A DNA stretch of 64,000 bases, taken from positions 3,501 to 67,500 of the forward strand of contig JAEZDJ010000065.1 in the NCBI GenBank assembly GCA_023429565.1, in the 5' to 3' direction. Below, piece after piece: positions 46,545 to 55,135 of the stretch. The translations under genes were made by a program, and so were the position numbers. Within the stretch, counting starts at the first letter, position 1, and every line of letters starts with the position of its first letter. This DNA is from Actinomycetes bacterium (lineage in GTDB: Bacteria; Actinomycetota; Coriobacteriia; Coriobacteriales; Eggerthellaceae). The notes under the pieces are model-generated. The model saw only the letters and a list, made by a program, of their open reading frames with translations, did no database searches and was not told the DNA's origin.

Positions 46545-47090
46545 TACCGATTTTTGCATTTTTTCAGGATGCGCCTGTCGACCCAATCCAACCGGAAGCG
46601 CTTCTTTGGCGCAGCCGTTCAACCCTCTCTCAACAGGGGCTTCCCCTCATCCACGCACTTCGGTGCCAGCCATCCGCCCTCTTTTCCTTTTCCGGTTCTT
46701 CAAAGGAAAAAGACCGGGATCTGCATACAGAGACGCTGTTTCATCCCCGTTCCGATGAAAAGGTTTGCCAGACGAATATCTCATACCGAAAGGATTAGCA
46801 TCAGCTTGGCTCAGTTTGAAATACTGAATTCTCTTCCCTCATATCATATGGGGGACACAAAGACCCATGGCCTCTTCATACTTCACTGCGTTCGGAACGG
46901 ACCTTCGTCTTCGCGCTGTCTGTCCAAATGCCCCCATCGTTTGTTGGTCGTATTTCGCAGCTTAACCTGCACACCGCCCGCAGCAACGTTGAAGGGGCAG
47001 GAGAAAAGAGAGAAGGAGACGCAGGGGAAGACGGACCGACGCACCAAGATCGCACTAGACGACGGGAGAAGAATGAAAGAGGAGGAGAAC

Positions 47091-49496
47091 ATGGCCGATT
47101 CCATCGAGGCCTCCACGCAAGAACATTGGGGGGAAACCAACGGAAAGAAATATCGCCGCGGCTCGCGCCTGCCGAAAAAAACCGACAGTCGACCACCGGC
47201 CCCCACAGCGGAGACCCCGAAAGTTCCTTGGACGTGGGAAGAAGACGGCATGACCGTCATACGCGGCACGGCACGAAGCGCTCCGGGATGTCATAACGTA
47301 TGCGGCATCCTTTCCTACGTGAAAAACGGGAAGCTGATCAAAGTGGAAGGCGATCCAGAGGACCCCTATAACCAAGGGCGGCTCTGCAGCCGTTGCCTCT
47401 GCATCCCCGACTATGTCTACCACGAGGATCGTCTGCTGCATCCGATGAAGCGAGACCGCTCAAACCGCGGCAAGGACAAGTTCGTAGAGATCTCGTGGGA
47501 CGAAGCCTATGAGATCATCACGCGCGAGTTTAAGCGGATCGTCGACACCTACGGCGCTGACAAGATTGCCATGTGCCAAGGCACGGGTCGCGACATCCAT
47601 CAGGTCACGCGGCTGAACGCCTGCATAGGATCTCCCAACGAAGGCGTGCCATACTTCGCTGGCAACTCCTGCTATCTGCCCCGCATCGCCTCAATGGCAT
47701 GCATGCTGGGCGGCTCCTGCGTCATGGACTGCTCCCAGTTCCTTCCCAAGCGTTACGACGATCCGCGCTACACCGTGCCCGAATATTGCATCGTCTGGGG
47801 CCACCAGCCCTTTTACAGCAACGCTGACGGTTTTTACGGACACTGGATCACGGATTTGATGAAACGCGGAATGAAAGTGGCCGTCGTCGATCCCCAACTC
47901 ACCTGGCTCGCCGCCCGGGCAGGAAAAGACTGGTTACGCGTGCGTCCCGGCGGAGATGGCGCGTTGGCCATGGCCATGCTGAAGATCATCTGTGACGAAA
48001 AGCTCTACGACCAAGATTTCTGCGATATGTGGGTCTATGGTCTAGAAGCCGTTTGCGAGCGCGTCGGCGAAATGGACTTGGACGATCTCTGCGAAAGGGC
48101 ATGGGTCGACAAGGAAGATGTCGTCCGCGTAGCCCGCACCTACGCCTCCGCACATCCCGCCGCCATCCAGTGGGGAGTTGCACTCGACCAGCAGACGGGT
48201 GGACAGCAAGCCGCTCATGCCATCACGGCAATGTGGTGCATCACCGGTAACCTTGATGTTCCGGGTGGCAATGTCATGGGAGACGCCTGTTGGGGAATCG
48301 ATCAGCCAAACTGGGTCGGCACGTGGGGATGGGACGAGCTCATGACCGAGGAAGAGCAGTCCAAGCGCATTGGCGTAGAACGCTACCCCATGTTCGCCGT
48401 CGGCTTCAAGAACCTGTCCTCCAACGCCACCATTGAAGCGTGGCAGCGTGGCGAGATCCCCATTCGCGGCGCCTACATCGTCACCAACAACTTTCTTGCC
48501 ACGATGGGAGCCCAGGCCGAGCAACAACTTGAATGGTACAAAAACATCGACTTCGTCGTGGTTTCAGACCTTTTCATGACACCCACCATGATGGCGCTTG
48601 CCGATGTCGTGCTGCCTGCCGCCACCTATGAGGAACGCGACGGATTCGGCGGGCTTAACGCCTACAGAATCAGCTGCATCAACAAGGCGATCGAACCGGT
48701 TGGTGACTCCAAGCCGGACAACACCATCTTTCTCGAATTAGGAAAACACCTGACCGATGCAATCAAACCCGCCAATAGCGATATCGCCTGGCCATGGGCC
48801 AGCGTCCAAGAGATGTGGGATTACGCGCTCGAGGACGGCGGATTCACTTGGGACGAACTGCGCGATTCCACATGGAAGTACCCTGAGTTCAAGTATCGCA
48901 AATACGAAACGGGAGACCTGCGGCCCGACGGCCAACCAGGTTTCCGCACTGAGACCGGACGTGCGGAAATCTATTCCATGGTGTTCCATCACACCTCGTG
49001 GTCAGGCCTCGATCCGCTGCCGAGCTACGTCGAGCCGGTGGAAAGCCCTTACAGCGCCCCCGACGACGTTGCCGAGTATCCCTATATCGTCACCTCCGGT
49101 GCCCGCGTGCCGCACTTCTTTCACTCCGAGCAGCGCCAGATCAAAAAACTCCGCACCCTGCATCCTGACCCGCTCGCGTATCTACATCCCAGCACTGCCC
49201 GCGCACACGGCATAGAGGAGGGCGACTGGATCTGGCTGGAGAACAAGCACGGCAAATGCAAATACAAAGCTTCGTTCAATGACACCTACGACCCCCGCGT
49301 ATTGCAGGCGGAGCATGGCTGGTGGTTCCCGGAACGCAAGAATGACGCCGAAGAAAACCTGGACGAGGAAAAGAAGGGATTGTTCGGCGTTCTCGAGTCG
49401 AACATCAACAATCTGGTGCCTTTCGATGCGGGCGTGTCAGGCTTTGGCTCGAACTACAAGGCCATGATGTGCAAGATCTACAAGGCCGATAAATAG
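47091..49496 (+). CDS. Molybdopterin (bis-MGD, DMSO-reductase superfamily) oxidoreductase catalytic subunit A, no Tat signal
   Basis: 801 aa from the ATG after GAAAGAGGAGGAG. Blocks: SAPGCHNVCG...EGDPEDPYNQGRLCSRC, ITGNLDVPGG, HGWWFPE. C-terminal beta-barrel text resembles the acetylene-hydratase/pyrogallol-transhydroxylase branch (from memory). The 179-codon upstream extension in the track is low-complexity. Confidence 0.85.
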   Translation: MADSIEASTQEHWGETNGKKYRRGSRLPKKTDSRPPAPTAETPKVPWTWEEDGMTVIRGTARSAPGCHNVCGILSYVKNGKLIKVEGDPEDPYNQGRLCSRCLCIPDYVYHEDRLLHPMKRDRSNRGKDKFVEISWDEAYEIITREFKRIVDTYGADKIAMCQGTGRDIHQVTRLNACIGSPNEGVPYFAGNSCYLPRIASMACMLGGSCVMDCSQFLPKRYDDPRYTVPEYCIVWGHQPFYSNADGFYGHWITDLMKRGMKVAVVDPQLTWLAARAGKDWLRVRPGGDGALAMAMLKIICDEKLYDQDFCDMWVYGLEAVCERVGEMDLDDLCERAWVDKEDVVRVARTYASAHPAAIQWGVALDQQTGGQQAAHAITAMWCITGNLDVPGGNVMGDACWGIDQPNWVGTWGWDELMTEEEQSKRIGVERYPMFAVGFKNLSSNATIEAWQRGEIPIRGAYIVTNNFLATMGAQAEQQLEWYKNIDFVVVSDLFMTPTMMALADVVLPAATYEERDGFGGLNAYRISCINKAIEPVGDSKPDNTIFLELGKHLTDAIKPANSDIAWPWASVQEMWDYALEDGGFTWDELRDSTWKYPEFKYRKYETGDLRPDGQPGFRTETGRAEIYSMVFHHTSWSGLDPLPSYVEPVESPYSAPDDVAEYPYIVTSGARVPHFFHSEQRQIKKLRTLHPDPLAYLHPSTARAHGIEEGDWIWLENKHGKCKYKASFNDTYDPRVLQAEHGWWFPERKNDAEENLDEEKKGLFGVLESNINNLVPFDAGVSGFGSNYKAMMCKIYKADK

Positions 49497-49518
49497 CAGC
49501 CAGGAAGGAATGAAAGAC

Positions 49519-49863
49519 ATGGCATATCAAGGCATTTTGGTAGACGTTGACTTCTGCACCGGCTGCGAAGCCTGCATCCTCGCCTGCCAGCAGGAACACG
49601 GCTACTCCGAGAAGGAGTACGGCCTGACCATCACGAAGCTTGGCCCACTGCACATCAACGAGTCACAAAAGGACTACCAATACGATTTCATCCCACAGTT
49701 CACCAAATGGTGCGACCTCTGCAAAAACCGCGTGAGCAAGGGCAAGCGACCCACCTGCGTGCAGCATTGTCAGGCACAGTGTCTCGACTGGGGTGACATG
49801 GAGGACCTCGCGAAGAGGATCGACTCCACCAAGCAGATGATTGTCGCCATCACTCAGGCCTAA
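49519..49863 (+). CDS. Small 4Fe-4S ferredoxin-type electron-transfer subunit A (114 aa)
   Basis: MAYQGILVDVDFCTGCEACILAC (Cx2Cx2Cx3C) and CDLC...CVQHCQAQC. RBS AGGAAGGAA. Confidence 0.85.
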   Translation: MAYQGILVDVDFCTGCEACILACQQEHGYSEKEYGLTITKLGPLHINESQKDYQYDFIPQFTKWCDLCKNRVSKGKRPTCVQHCQAQCLDWGDMEDLAKRIDSTKQMIVAITQA

Positions 49864-49936
49864 GGTCAATCGAGCCGACGTCACCCGAGCGCAGGGTGCT
49901 GGCCAAGGCAATAGAACGAGGGGAAGGAGGTCAACC

Positions 49937-50137
49937 ATGACTCAACAGTTTGAAGATGATTTTGGCGGACGAATCGCCGAGAGGCTGATGCATGTCGACG
50001 TGCGCATGGCCGGTGTGAATAGCCATGAAATCACACAGCCAGAACGCGAGCAAGGACATATCGACTGGAAGGATCAAAACTCCGCCAACATGAAGAAGAT
50101 GGCGCGCGGCGAAGTCACCCCCATCTACCACCAATAA
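49937..50137 (+). CDS. Hypothetical 66-aa soluble protein
   Basis: MTQQFEDDFGGRIAERLMHVDVRMAGVNSHEITQPEREQGHIDWKDQNSANMKKMARGEVTPIYHQ. Very strong RBS GGAAGGAGG 6 nt upstream. Confidence 0.6.
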   Translation: MTQQFEDDFGGRIAERLMHVDVRMAGVNSHEITQPEREQGHIDWKDQNSANMKKMARGEVTPIYHQ

Positions 50138-50215
50138 CCGTCGCGCCTCTCCCGCGATGGGGAAACACGATGCCGAGCACGGGAGCGCACAAGACGAAGG
50201 CGGCACCGCTCCAAG

Positions 50216-50250
50216 CGTGCTGCTGCGGCGAGAACCGCCGCAGCAGCACG
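50216..50250 (+). other. Perfect 15-bp GC-rich hairpin (5-nt loop) in the 220-nt gap inside the cluster
   Basis: CGTGCTGCTGCGGCG-agaac-CGCCGCAGCAGCACG. No U-tract follows. Confidence 0.6.
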
Positions 50251-50357
50251 AGACAGACCGTCCCATCAGCACGGCAAGACAATGCCCGCGATGATGGAAC
50301 AAACGGATTGCCTCACAAGCGCAATCTCGACCGACCACACGAAGCAAAGGAAAAACC

Positions 50358-51416
50358 ATGGCACAAAACAAGACCATCGATATCAACATGCACTTCCTGC
50401 CCACCGACTTGTTCACCGACGAACAGGTGCTGAACGGTTTTCTGTACTCTGCGCCTGTATCGTTCGGCATGAAGGCTTACATCGACAAGACGCCAGACGG
50501 CGCAAAAGACCAGCTCATCCTGGAGTATCCTGAGGGCAAGCAAATCCTCAACTATGTCGAGGGTGACTATACGCTTGAGACGAAGCTCCAGGCCATGGAC
50601 GAAAGTGGCGTGGACATCGCCCTTCTGCGCATGCCTGTGTGGCAGGAATGGCTGCCGCTGGATATCTGCAAGATCGTGAACGACCAGGCTGCCGAGATGT
50701 GCAAGCGTTCGGGCGGACGCCTGTACGCCAACGCCGTCGTCCCACCGTGGAACCGCAAAGAGGACATATACGAACTCGAGCGCTGCATCGGAGACCTAGG
50801 GATGGTGGGCGTGCAGCTGGCCTGCTGCTACGGCGACCGCTTCCTCGACGACCAACTCTTCAAGCCCTACCTTAGGGTCATCAACGACAAAAAGATCCCG
50901 GTCGTCGTGCACCACACGCCCGGCCAGAACGCCTACGATAACTTCGACGAGTACACAGTGTTACGCCGCGAGCTCGGCCGCGTCCATGCGCAGGCGGCAG
51001 CAGTGGGCCGAGAGATCTATTCGGGCATGTTCGACGAGTTCGAAAACTTGAAGTTCATACACACCATGTTTGGGGGCAACTGGTTCAGCTTGCAAAACAT
51101 CTTGGCCCCGCACCGATCCACCAAGAAGAAAGAGGCCATGAATCGTCTCGTCACCAACGTCGACCATGAGGCATATGACCGCTATCTGACCAACAACATT
51201 TATTTCGATATGACACATCCCATGAGTTGGGGAAAGGATCAACTCGAGTGTGCTGTGAAGGTGAGCGGAGCCGACCATCTGCTGCTGGGTTCATCGTTTC
51301 CTGTGTTCTATGAGTGGATGGCCCGCTCCGTGGAGTCCATCAACGCCATGAGCGTACCTCAGGAGGACAAGGACCTCATGCTGGGCGGCAACGCGGCGAA
51401 GCTGTTCAATTTGTAA
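50358..51416 (+). CDS. Amidohydrolase_2 (PF04909-like; ACMSD/LigW/LigI fold) family protein with non-canonical active-site positions
   Basis: TIDINMHFLP N-terminus, VVVHHTPG, YFDMTH, LLGSSFPVF. 352 aa. RBS AAAGGAAAAA. Confidence 0.75.
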   Translation: MAQNKTIDINMHFLPTDLFTDEQVLNGFLYSAPVSFGMKAYIDKTPDGAKDQLILEYPEGKQILNYVEGDYTLETKLQAMDESGVDIALLRMPVWQEWLPLDICKIVNDQAAEMCKRSGGRLYANAVVPPWNRKEDIYELERCIGDLGMVGVQLACCYGDRFLDDQLFKPYLRVINDKKIPVVVHHTPGQNAYDNFDEYTVLRRELGRVHAQAAAVGREIYSGMFDEFENLKFIHTMFGGNWFSLQNILAPHRSTKKKEAMNRLVTNVDHEAYDRYLTNNIYFDMTHPMSWGKDQLECAVKVSGADHLLLGSSFPVFYEWMARSVESINAMSVPQEDKDLMLGGNAAKLFNL

Positions 51417-51537
51417 GACGAGCGATCGGCGCACCGGCTTACTGAAACCAGTGCGCCGAAGCGAAAGAACGTCGACCAGCATCTTTCTGAAAAAACTATG
51501 GATGCCCGTAAGGGGGGCGTCCGAAAGAGGGGAAACT

Positions 51538-53010
51538 ATGAACAATCCTTCTGCCGCTGCAACCGGTGCACCTGTGACGAAATCCATGGAGAAAACACCG
51601 CCTTACGCCTGGCCATGCCTGATCGTGTCCTTGCTCGCGGGCATCGGCATGGTGTTCGCCTGGATGTGGCTGCCAAGCGTCACGTTCCCGGTGTTCAATA
51701 GCTGGCTCACCGAGAACAATGCGTTTTTCGCAAACCCCGCTAACTTCGGCCTGCTTTCCAATGTCATGGGGCTCGTTCCCATCGGTGCCCTTATCATGGC
51801 CCTTCCCACCACGTTTCTCGTACGCAAATTCGGCCCGAAAGCCACGACGCTTATCGGTCTCGGTGCCGCAGTCGTAGGGACGTCGCTGAGTGCAGCCACC
51901 GTAGGTGGCGACTTCTATCTCTTCTTGGCGGGACGTTTCATCCTCGGCCTTGGGCTTTCCACCTGCGTAGTCGCAGGTCCCACTTGTGTATCCATATGGT
52001 TTCCCGACTCCACGCGCGGACGTGCCATGGCCATTTGGTCCTGTTGGGCCCCCATTGGCATCTTCCTGTCCAACTTCGTCAATGACAGCGTGTACCATCT
52101 GGCAGGTTCAAGCATCGCAAACCTTCAGTGGGTGTGGGCGGCGGTCGCCCTCGTGCTGGGCATCGTGTTTGCCGTCGTGTTCCGTGAACCACGCGCCGAA
52201 GAGCGTTCGCAGGTATCGCCCGAACGCAAACCGCTCAAGGCCGTCCTGAAGTTCTTCAAGAGCCGCCAGCTGTGGTGCCTCATCGTCATGTTTGCCATCT
52301 TCAACTACATGAACTACGCCTTCAGCCAATATCTGAAAACCTGGCTCCAAACCCCCGAACTGCTTGGCGGCTTGGGATGGGATGCGACGACTGCCGGCCT
52401 CTGGGGCGGCCTGATTGTAGCCTGCGGTGCCCTCGCCCCCATCGGCGGCCTTATCCTCGACAAGACGCCCAAGGACAAGAAGTACCTCTGCGTGGTCGTC
52501 GGCATCTTGGGACTCACCATCTGCTCAGCCCTGGCGTTCCATGCCGAGTTCTTCATCCCGTACGTGCTGTTCTTCTGCATTGGAAACATGATGCTGAACG
52601 CCTGCTGCCGCCCACTCGTTCCGACATTCGTATTCAAGGGCGGCGCCACCGCTGTCGCGTTCGGCCTGTCCTTCCTGACGCTAGGGCAGTACGCCGGACA
52701 GATTGCCACAAGCTACGTGCTCACACCGTTCAGCAACGGCCTCACCGCGGCCTCCAACGTAGCCATCGAAGCCAAGAAAGCCGTGCTCGCTGCGGGAGGC
52801 TCCCCTGCCGATTTCGGTGCCGCCATCGACCAGGCCGCACAAGAAGCGCTTGTGCAAGGCATCCATGTGGACCCGATGCTGGCCTTCTGGGCGCTCGTGC
52901 CCATCGGCATCATCGGCTGTCTGCTGAGCTTTGGCGTCATGCCTTCCAAGAAGCGGGCTGGCACTCCCGCCAGCAATCCCGCTGAAGACCAGACGGCATC
53001 CCAGCATTAG
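51538..53010 (+). CDS. MFS transporter 1
   Basis: 490 aa with about 12 hydrophobic segments. RKFGPK loop between TM2 and TM3. RBS AAAGAGGGGAAA. Confidence 0.85.
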   Translation: MNNPSAAATGAPVTKSMEKTPPYAWPCLIVSLLAGIGMVFAWMWLPSVTFPVFNSWLTENNAFFANPANFGLLSNVMGLVPIGALIMALPTTFLVRKFGPKATTLIGLGAAVVGTSLSAATVGGDFYLFLAGRFILGLGLSTCVVAGPTCVSIWFPDSTRGRAMAIWSCWAPIGIFLSNFVNDSVYHLAGSSIANLQWVWAAVALVLGIVFAVVFREPRAEERSQVSPERKPLKAVLKFFKSRQLWCLIVMFAIFNYMNYAFSQYLKTWLQTPELLGGLGWDATTAGLWGGLIVACGALAPIGGLILDKTPKDKKYLCVVVGILGLTICSALAFHAEFFIPYVLFFCIGNMMLNACCRPLVPTFVFKGGATAVAFGLSFLTLGQYAGQIATSYVLTPFSNGLTAASNVAIEAKKAVLAAGGSPADFGAAIDQAAQEALVQGIHVDPMLAFWALVPIGIIGCLLSFGVMPSKKRAGTPASNPAEDQTASQH

Positions 53011-53047
53011 ATTCTGATTTGCGACGCGGCTCGGCTCCATTGCAAGC

Positions 53048-53078
53048 GGGCGGCTTCCCTTTTGACCGGGAGCCGCCC
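53048..53078 (+). other. GC-rich hairpin between the two MFS genes
   Basis: GGGCGGCTTCCC-ttttgacc-GGGAGCCGCCC (one bulge). No U-tract. Confidence 0.4.
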
Positions 53079-53141
53079 ACCAAACGGCAGCTCGCCATCC
53101 GATAAACCTGTATCCCCATGCACGGGGAGAAGGGATTCATC

Positions 53142-54854
53142 ATGAGCGACTTCAAAAAGCATTCTTACGACAACAGGCACCATCGCCAAGCAGGCCCCCT
53201 TTTCCATTCACCTGTTTCAGGTCCCCAACATCTCGCAGCGGAACAAGCTCACAACCATTACGACGGCAAGACCCGAAGGGGCATCGACAACGCGAGAAAC
53301 AACCAGCACAAGGGATGGATCGTGTTGTTCGTGATGCTGTTCTGCGGCATCATCGTCATCATGAACCAATTCAAGGTGCCCACGTTCATGCCCGCCCTCA
53401 TGGTGGATTTCCACACCGATCCAGGCACGACTGGATGGCTCATGTCTGTCATCGCCCTTGCCGGCATCGTCACGGCCTTCCCATCCGCGTTTCTGCTCAA
53501 CCGTTTCGGGCCGAAGAAGATCGGCCTGTTCGGCTTGGGATTCATGATCGTCGGTTGCGCAGTAGGAGCAGCAGCATCTTCCTTCGCTCAACTCATCGTC
53601 GGTCGTGCGCTCGAGGGCATCGGCGTTGCCATGATGGGCGTCGTGGCCACCACTGTCATCTCCATGTATTTCCCCCGGGAGAAGGCCGGGCTTCCCATGG
53701 GCATCTGGAATCTATGGTATGTCGTCGGGTCCACACTCGCCTACAACATCGGCGTGCCCATGGCTCTCGTGCTTACCGGAGATCCGCACAACTGGCATGC
53801 CTGGTGGTGGTTCTCAGATGTGCTCGCATTCGTGTCTTTTGTGGCGTTTGCCCTGTTTGTAAGCGTCCCCTCTGCAGGCAAGGGAATCGCCGCCAGATGT
53901 GAGCGTCAGACAGGCAAGCGACAACACCGGCCCGCCTCTATCCTACTCGAGAGCTTCAAAGTCAAACGGATGTGGCTGTTCGGACTCGGCTTCTGTTTCC
54001 TTATGTTCACATCGCTTGCGGTGCTTACCTGGATTCCCACCTATGTACAGGAAATCGAGCTCGACCGGCTCCTGGCCGAAGGCGTGATGCTTGCTGACGC
54101 ACAAGCCTCAGCCGGGATCGCCGGCGGCTCGATGGCATCACTCGGGTTCGCGGCCAGCATCCCCATGGCGCTCGTGACGGCATTTCTGTTGGGCAAGTTC
54201 CAGAGCCTCAGGTCACGCAACGCCATGGTGATCATTGCCGGATTCTGTGCGTTCTTCTATGTGGGCGCGTTTTTGGTCCCCTACGAGTACCTGCCCGCTT
54301 ACCTCGTGCTGCTGGGACTCGAGAGCGGTTGGACATCGGGCGTCGTCTGGTCGATGGTGCCCGTCACCATGCCCAAGCGCGTCACCATGCCCATCGGCAT
54401 GGCCATCATCATCTTCTTTCAAGGTGTTTCGAACCTGCTGTGCACGCCGACCGTGGGTTACATCATAGGAGTCGACCAAACTTGGACACATGTCGCTCCT
54501 CTGTGCGCAGTCACGGCAGCCATGGGCACCGCTCTCTGGATCATCTACGTGATCATGAAGCCACCTGTTTTCGAGGAGGACGAGGAACCGGTCTCAAAAT
54601 CGAGACGGGACATCGCCGACGCCGTTTCAGGAGCAACCAGCCTCTCGACCGTAGCGGCTTCGCTTGGCCTAGACGGCAGAGAGCCCCACCCTCCCTCCTG
54701 CGCCCCTCCGGGAACGACATCGAAATCCGCCAAGGATATCGATGTCACAACCGGAGCAACTCCAGGGGTGGCAAGCGCCTGCAAGGATCTAGAGCTCGAC
54801 GCGATAGACAAGGTGTCGGCTCAGCTTGGAATCAAGCCGCCCGGCACGGCATGA
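53142..54854 (+). CDS. MFS transporter 2 with ~100-aa hydrophilic C-terminal tail
   Basis: 570 aa. NRFGPKK loop; 12 hydrophobic segments; tail EEDEEPVSKSRRDIADAVSG... Confidence 0.85.
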   Translation: MSDFKKHSYDNRHHRQAGPLFHSPVSGPQHLAAEQAHNHYDGKTRRGIDNARNNQHKGWIVLFVMLFCGIIVIMNQFKVPTFMPALMVDFHTDPGTTGWLMSVIALAGIVTAFPSAFLLNRFGPKKIGLFGLGFMIVGCAVGAAASSFAQLIVGRALEGIGVAMMGVVATTVISMYFPREKAGLPMGIWNLWYVVGSTLAYNIGVPMALVLTGDPHNWHAWWWFSDVLAFVSFVAFALFVSVPSAGKGIAARCERQTGKRQHRPASILLESFKVKRMWLFGLGFCFLMFTSLAVLTWIPTYVQEIELDRLLAEGVMLADAQASAGIAGGSMASLGFAASIPMALVTAFLLGKFQSLRSRNAMVIIAGFCAFFYVGAFLVPYEYLPAYLVLLGLESGWTSGVVWSMVPVTMPKRVTMPIGMAIIIFFQGVSNLLCTPTVGYIIGVDQTWTHVAPLCAVTAAMGTALWIIYVIMKPPVFEEDEEPVSKSRRDIADAVSGATSLSTVAASLGLDGREPHPPSCAPPGTTSKSAKDIDVTTGATPGVASACKDLELDAIDKVSAQLGIKPPGTA

Positions 54855-55002
54855 CGGGATCTCGCAACAGCATGTCCTACGTAAGGGATACGCTCGGCAG
54901 GAGGGGTTTTCAATCTGATCCCTCTTGCCGACATCGGGTTGTGGAACGGATCGGGGGCTTTTGCAGAGCTCATCATTTCGTCTGAGACCAGCGGGTCGTC
55001 GT

Positions 55003-55011
55003 CCCCCCCCC
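55003..55011 (+). repeat. C9 homopolymer tract in the LuxR upstream region
   Basis: gtcgtCCCCCCCCCgatag. The longest single-base G/C run I saw in the window; the 7-mers I noticed lie inside recG and rpoD coding sequence. Confidence 0.9.
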
Positions 55012-55033
55012 GATAGATAGCGACATTTTGCGG

Positions 55034-55039
55034 TATACT
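55034..55039 (+). promoter_or_regulatory. Candidate -10 box TATACT for the LuxR gene
   Basis: Lies 23 nt downstream of the C9 tract and about 97 nt before ATG 55136. -35 weak. Confidence 0.25.
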
Positions 55040-55135
55040 CGCGGCGGGAGCCTGCCGGGCAGGGGACGTTCGCTCTTCGGACATATCGCGAGCAGCTCCT
55101 CCGGGGCATTTTTCATGGGTCAGTTCAAGGGGGAA

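Noticed and set aside
46554-47090. 179-codon N-terminal extension of Mo-enzyme A (the 980-aa track ORF).
   Set aside because: The extension is low-complexity and contains the tRNA-Asn promoter region on the other strand. A very strong RBS (GAAAGAGGAGGAG) precedes ATG 47091, and the paralogue B starts at the equivalent point.
46483-47090. Moco riboswitch in the ~550-nt region upstream of Mo-enzyme A (and at 56609-56852 upstream of B).
   Set aside because: I could not recognise the conserved Moco-motif core by eye. This cannot be excluded without an Rfam covariance-model scan, so no feature was called.
47145-47180. Possible twin-arginine signal (KKYRRGSRLPKK) in Mo-enzyme A.
   Set aside because: The RR is followed by charged and Pro-rich residues, not a hydrophobic h-region or an AxA site. 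Paralogue B has no RR at all.
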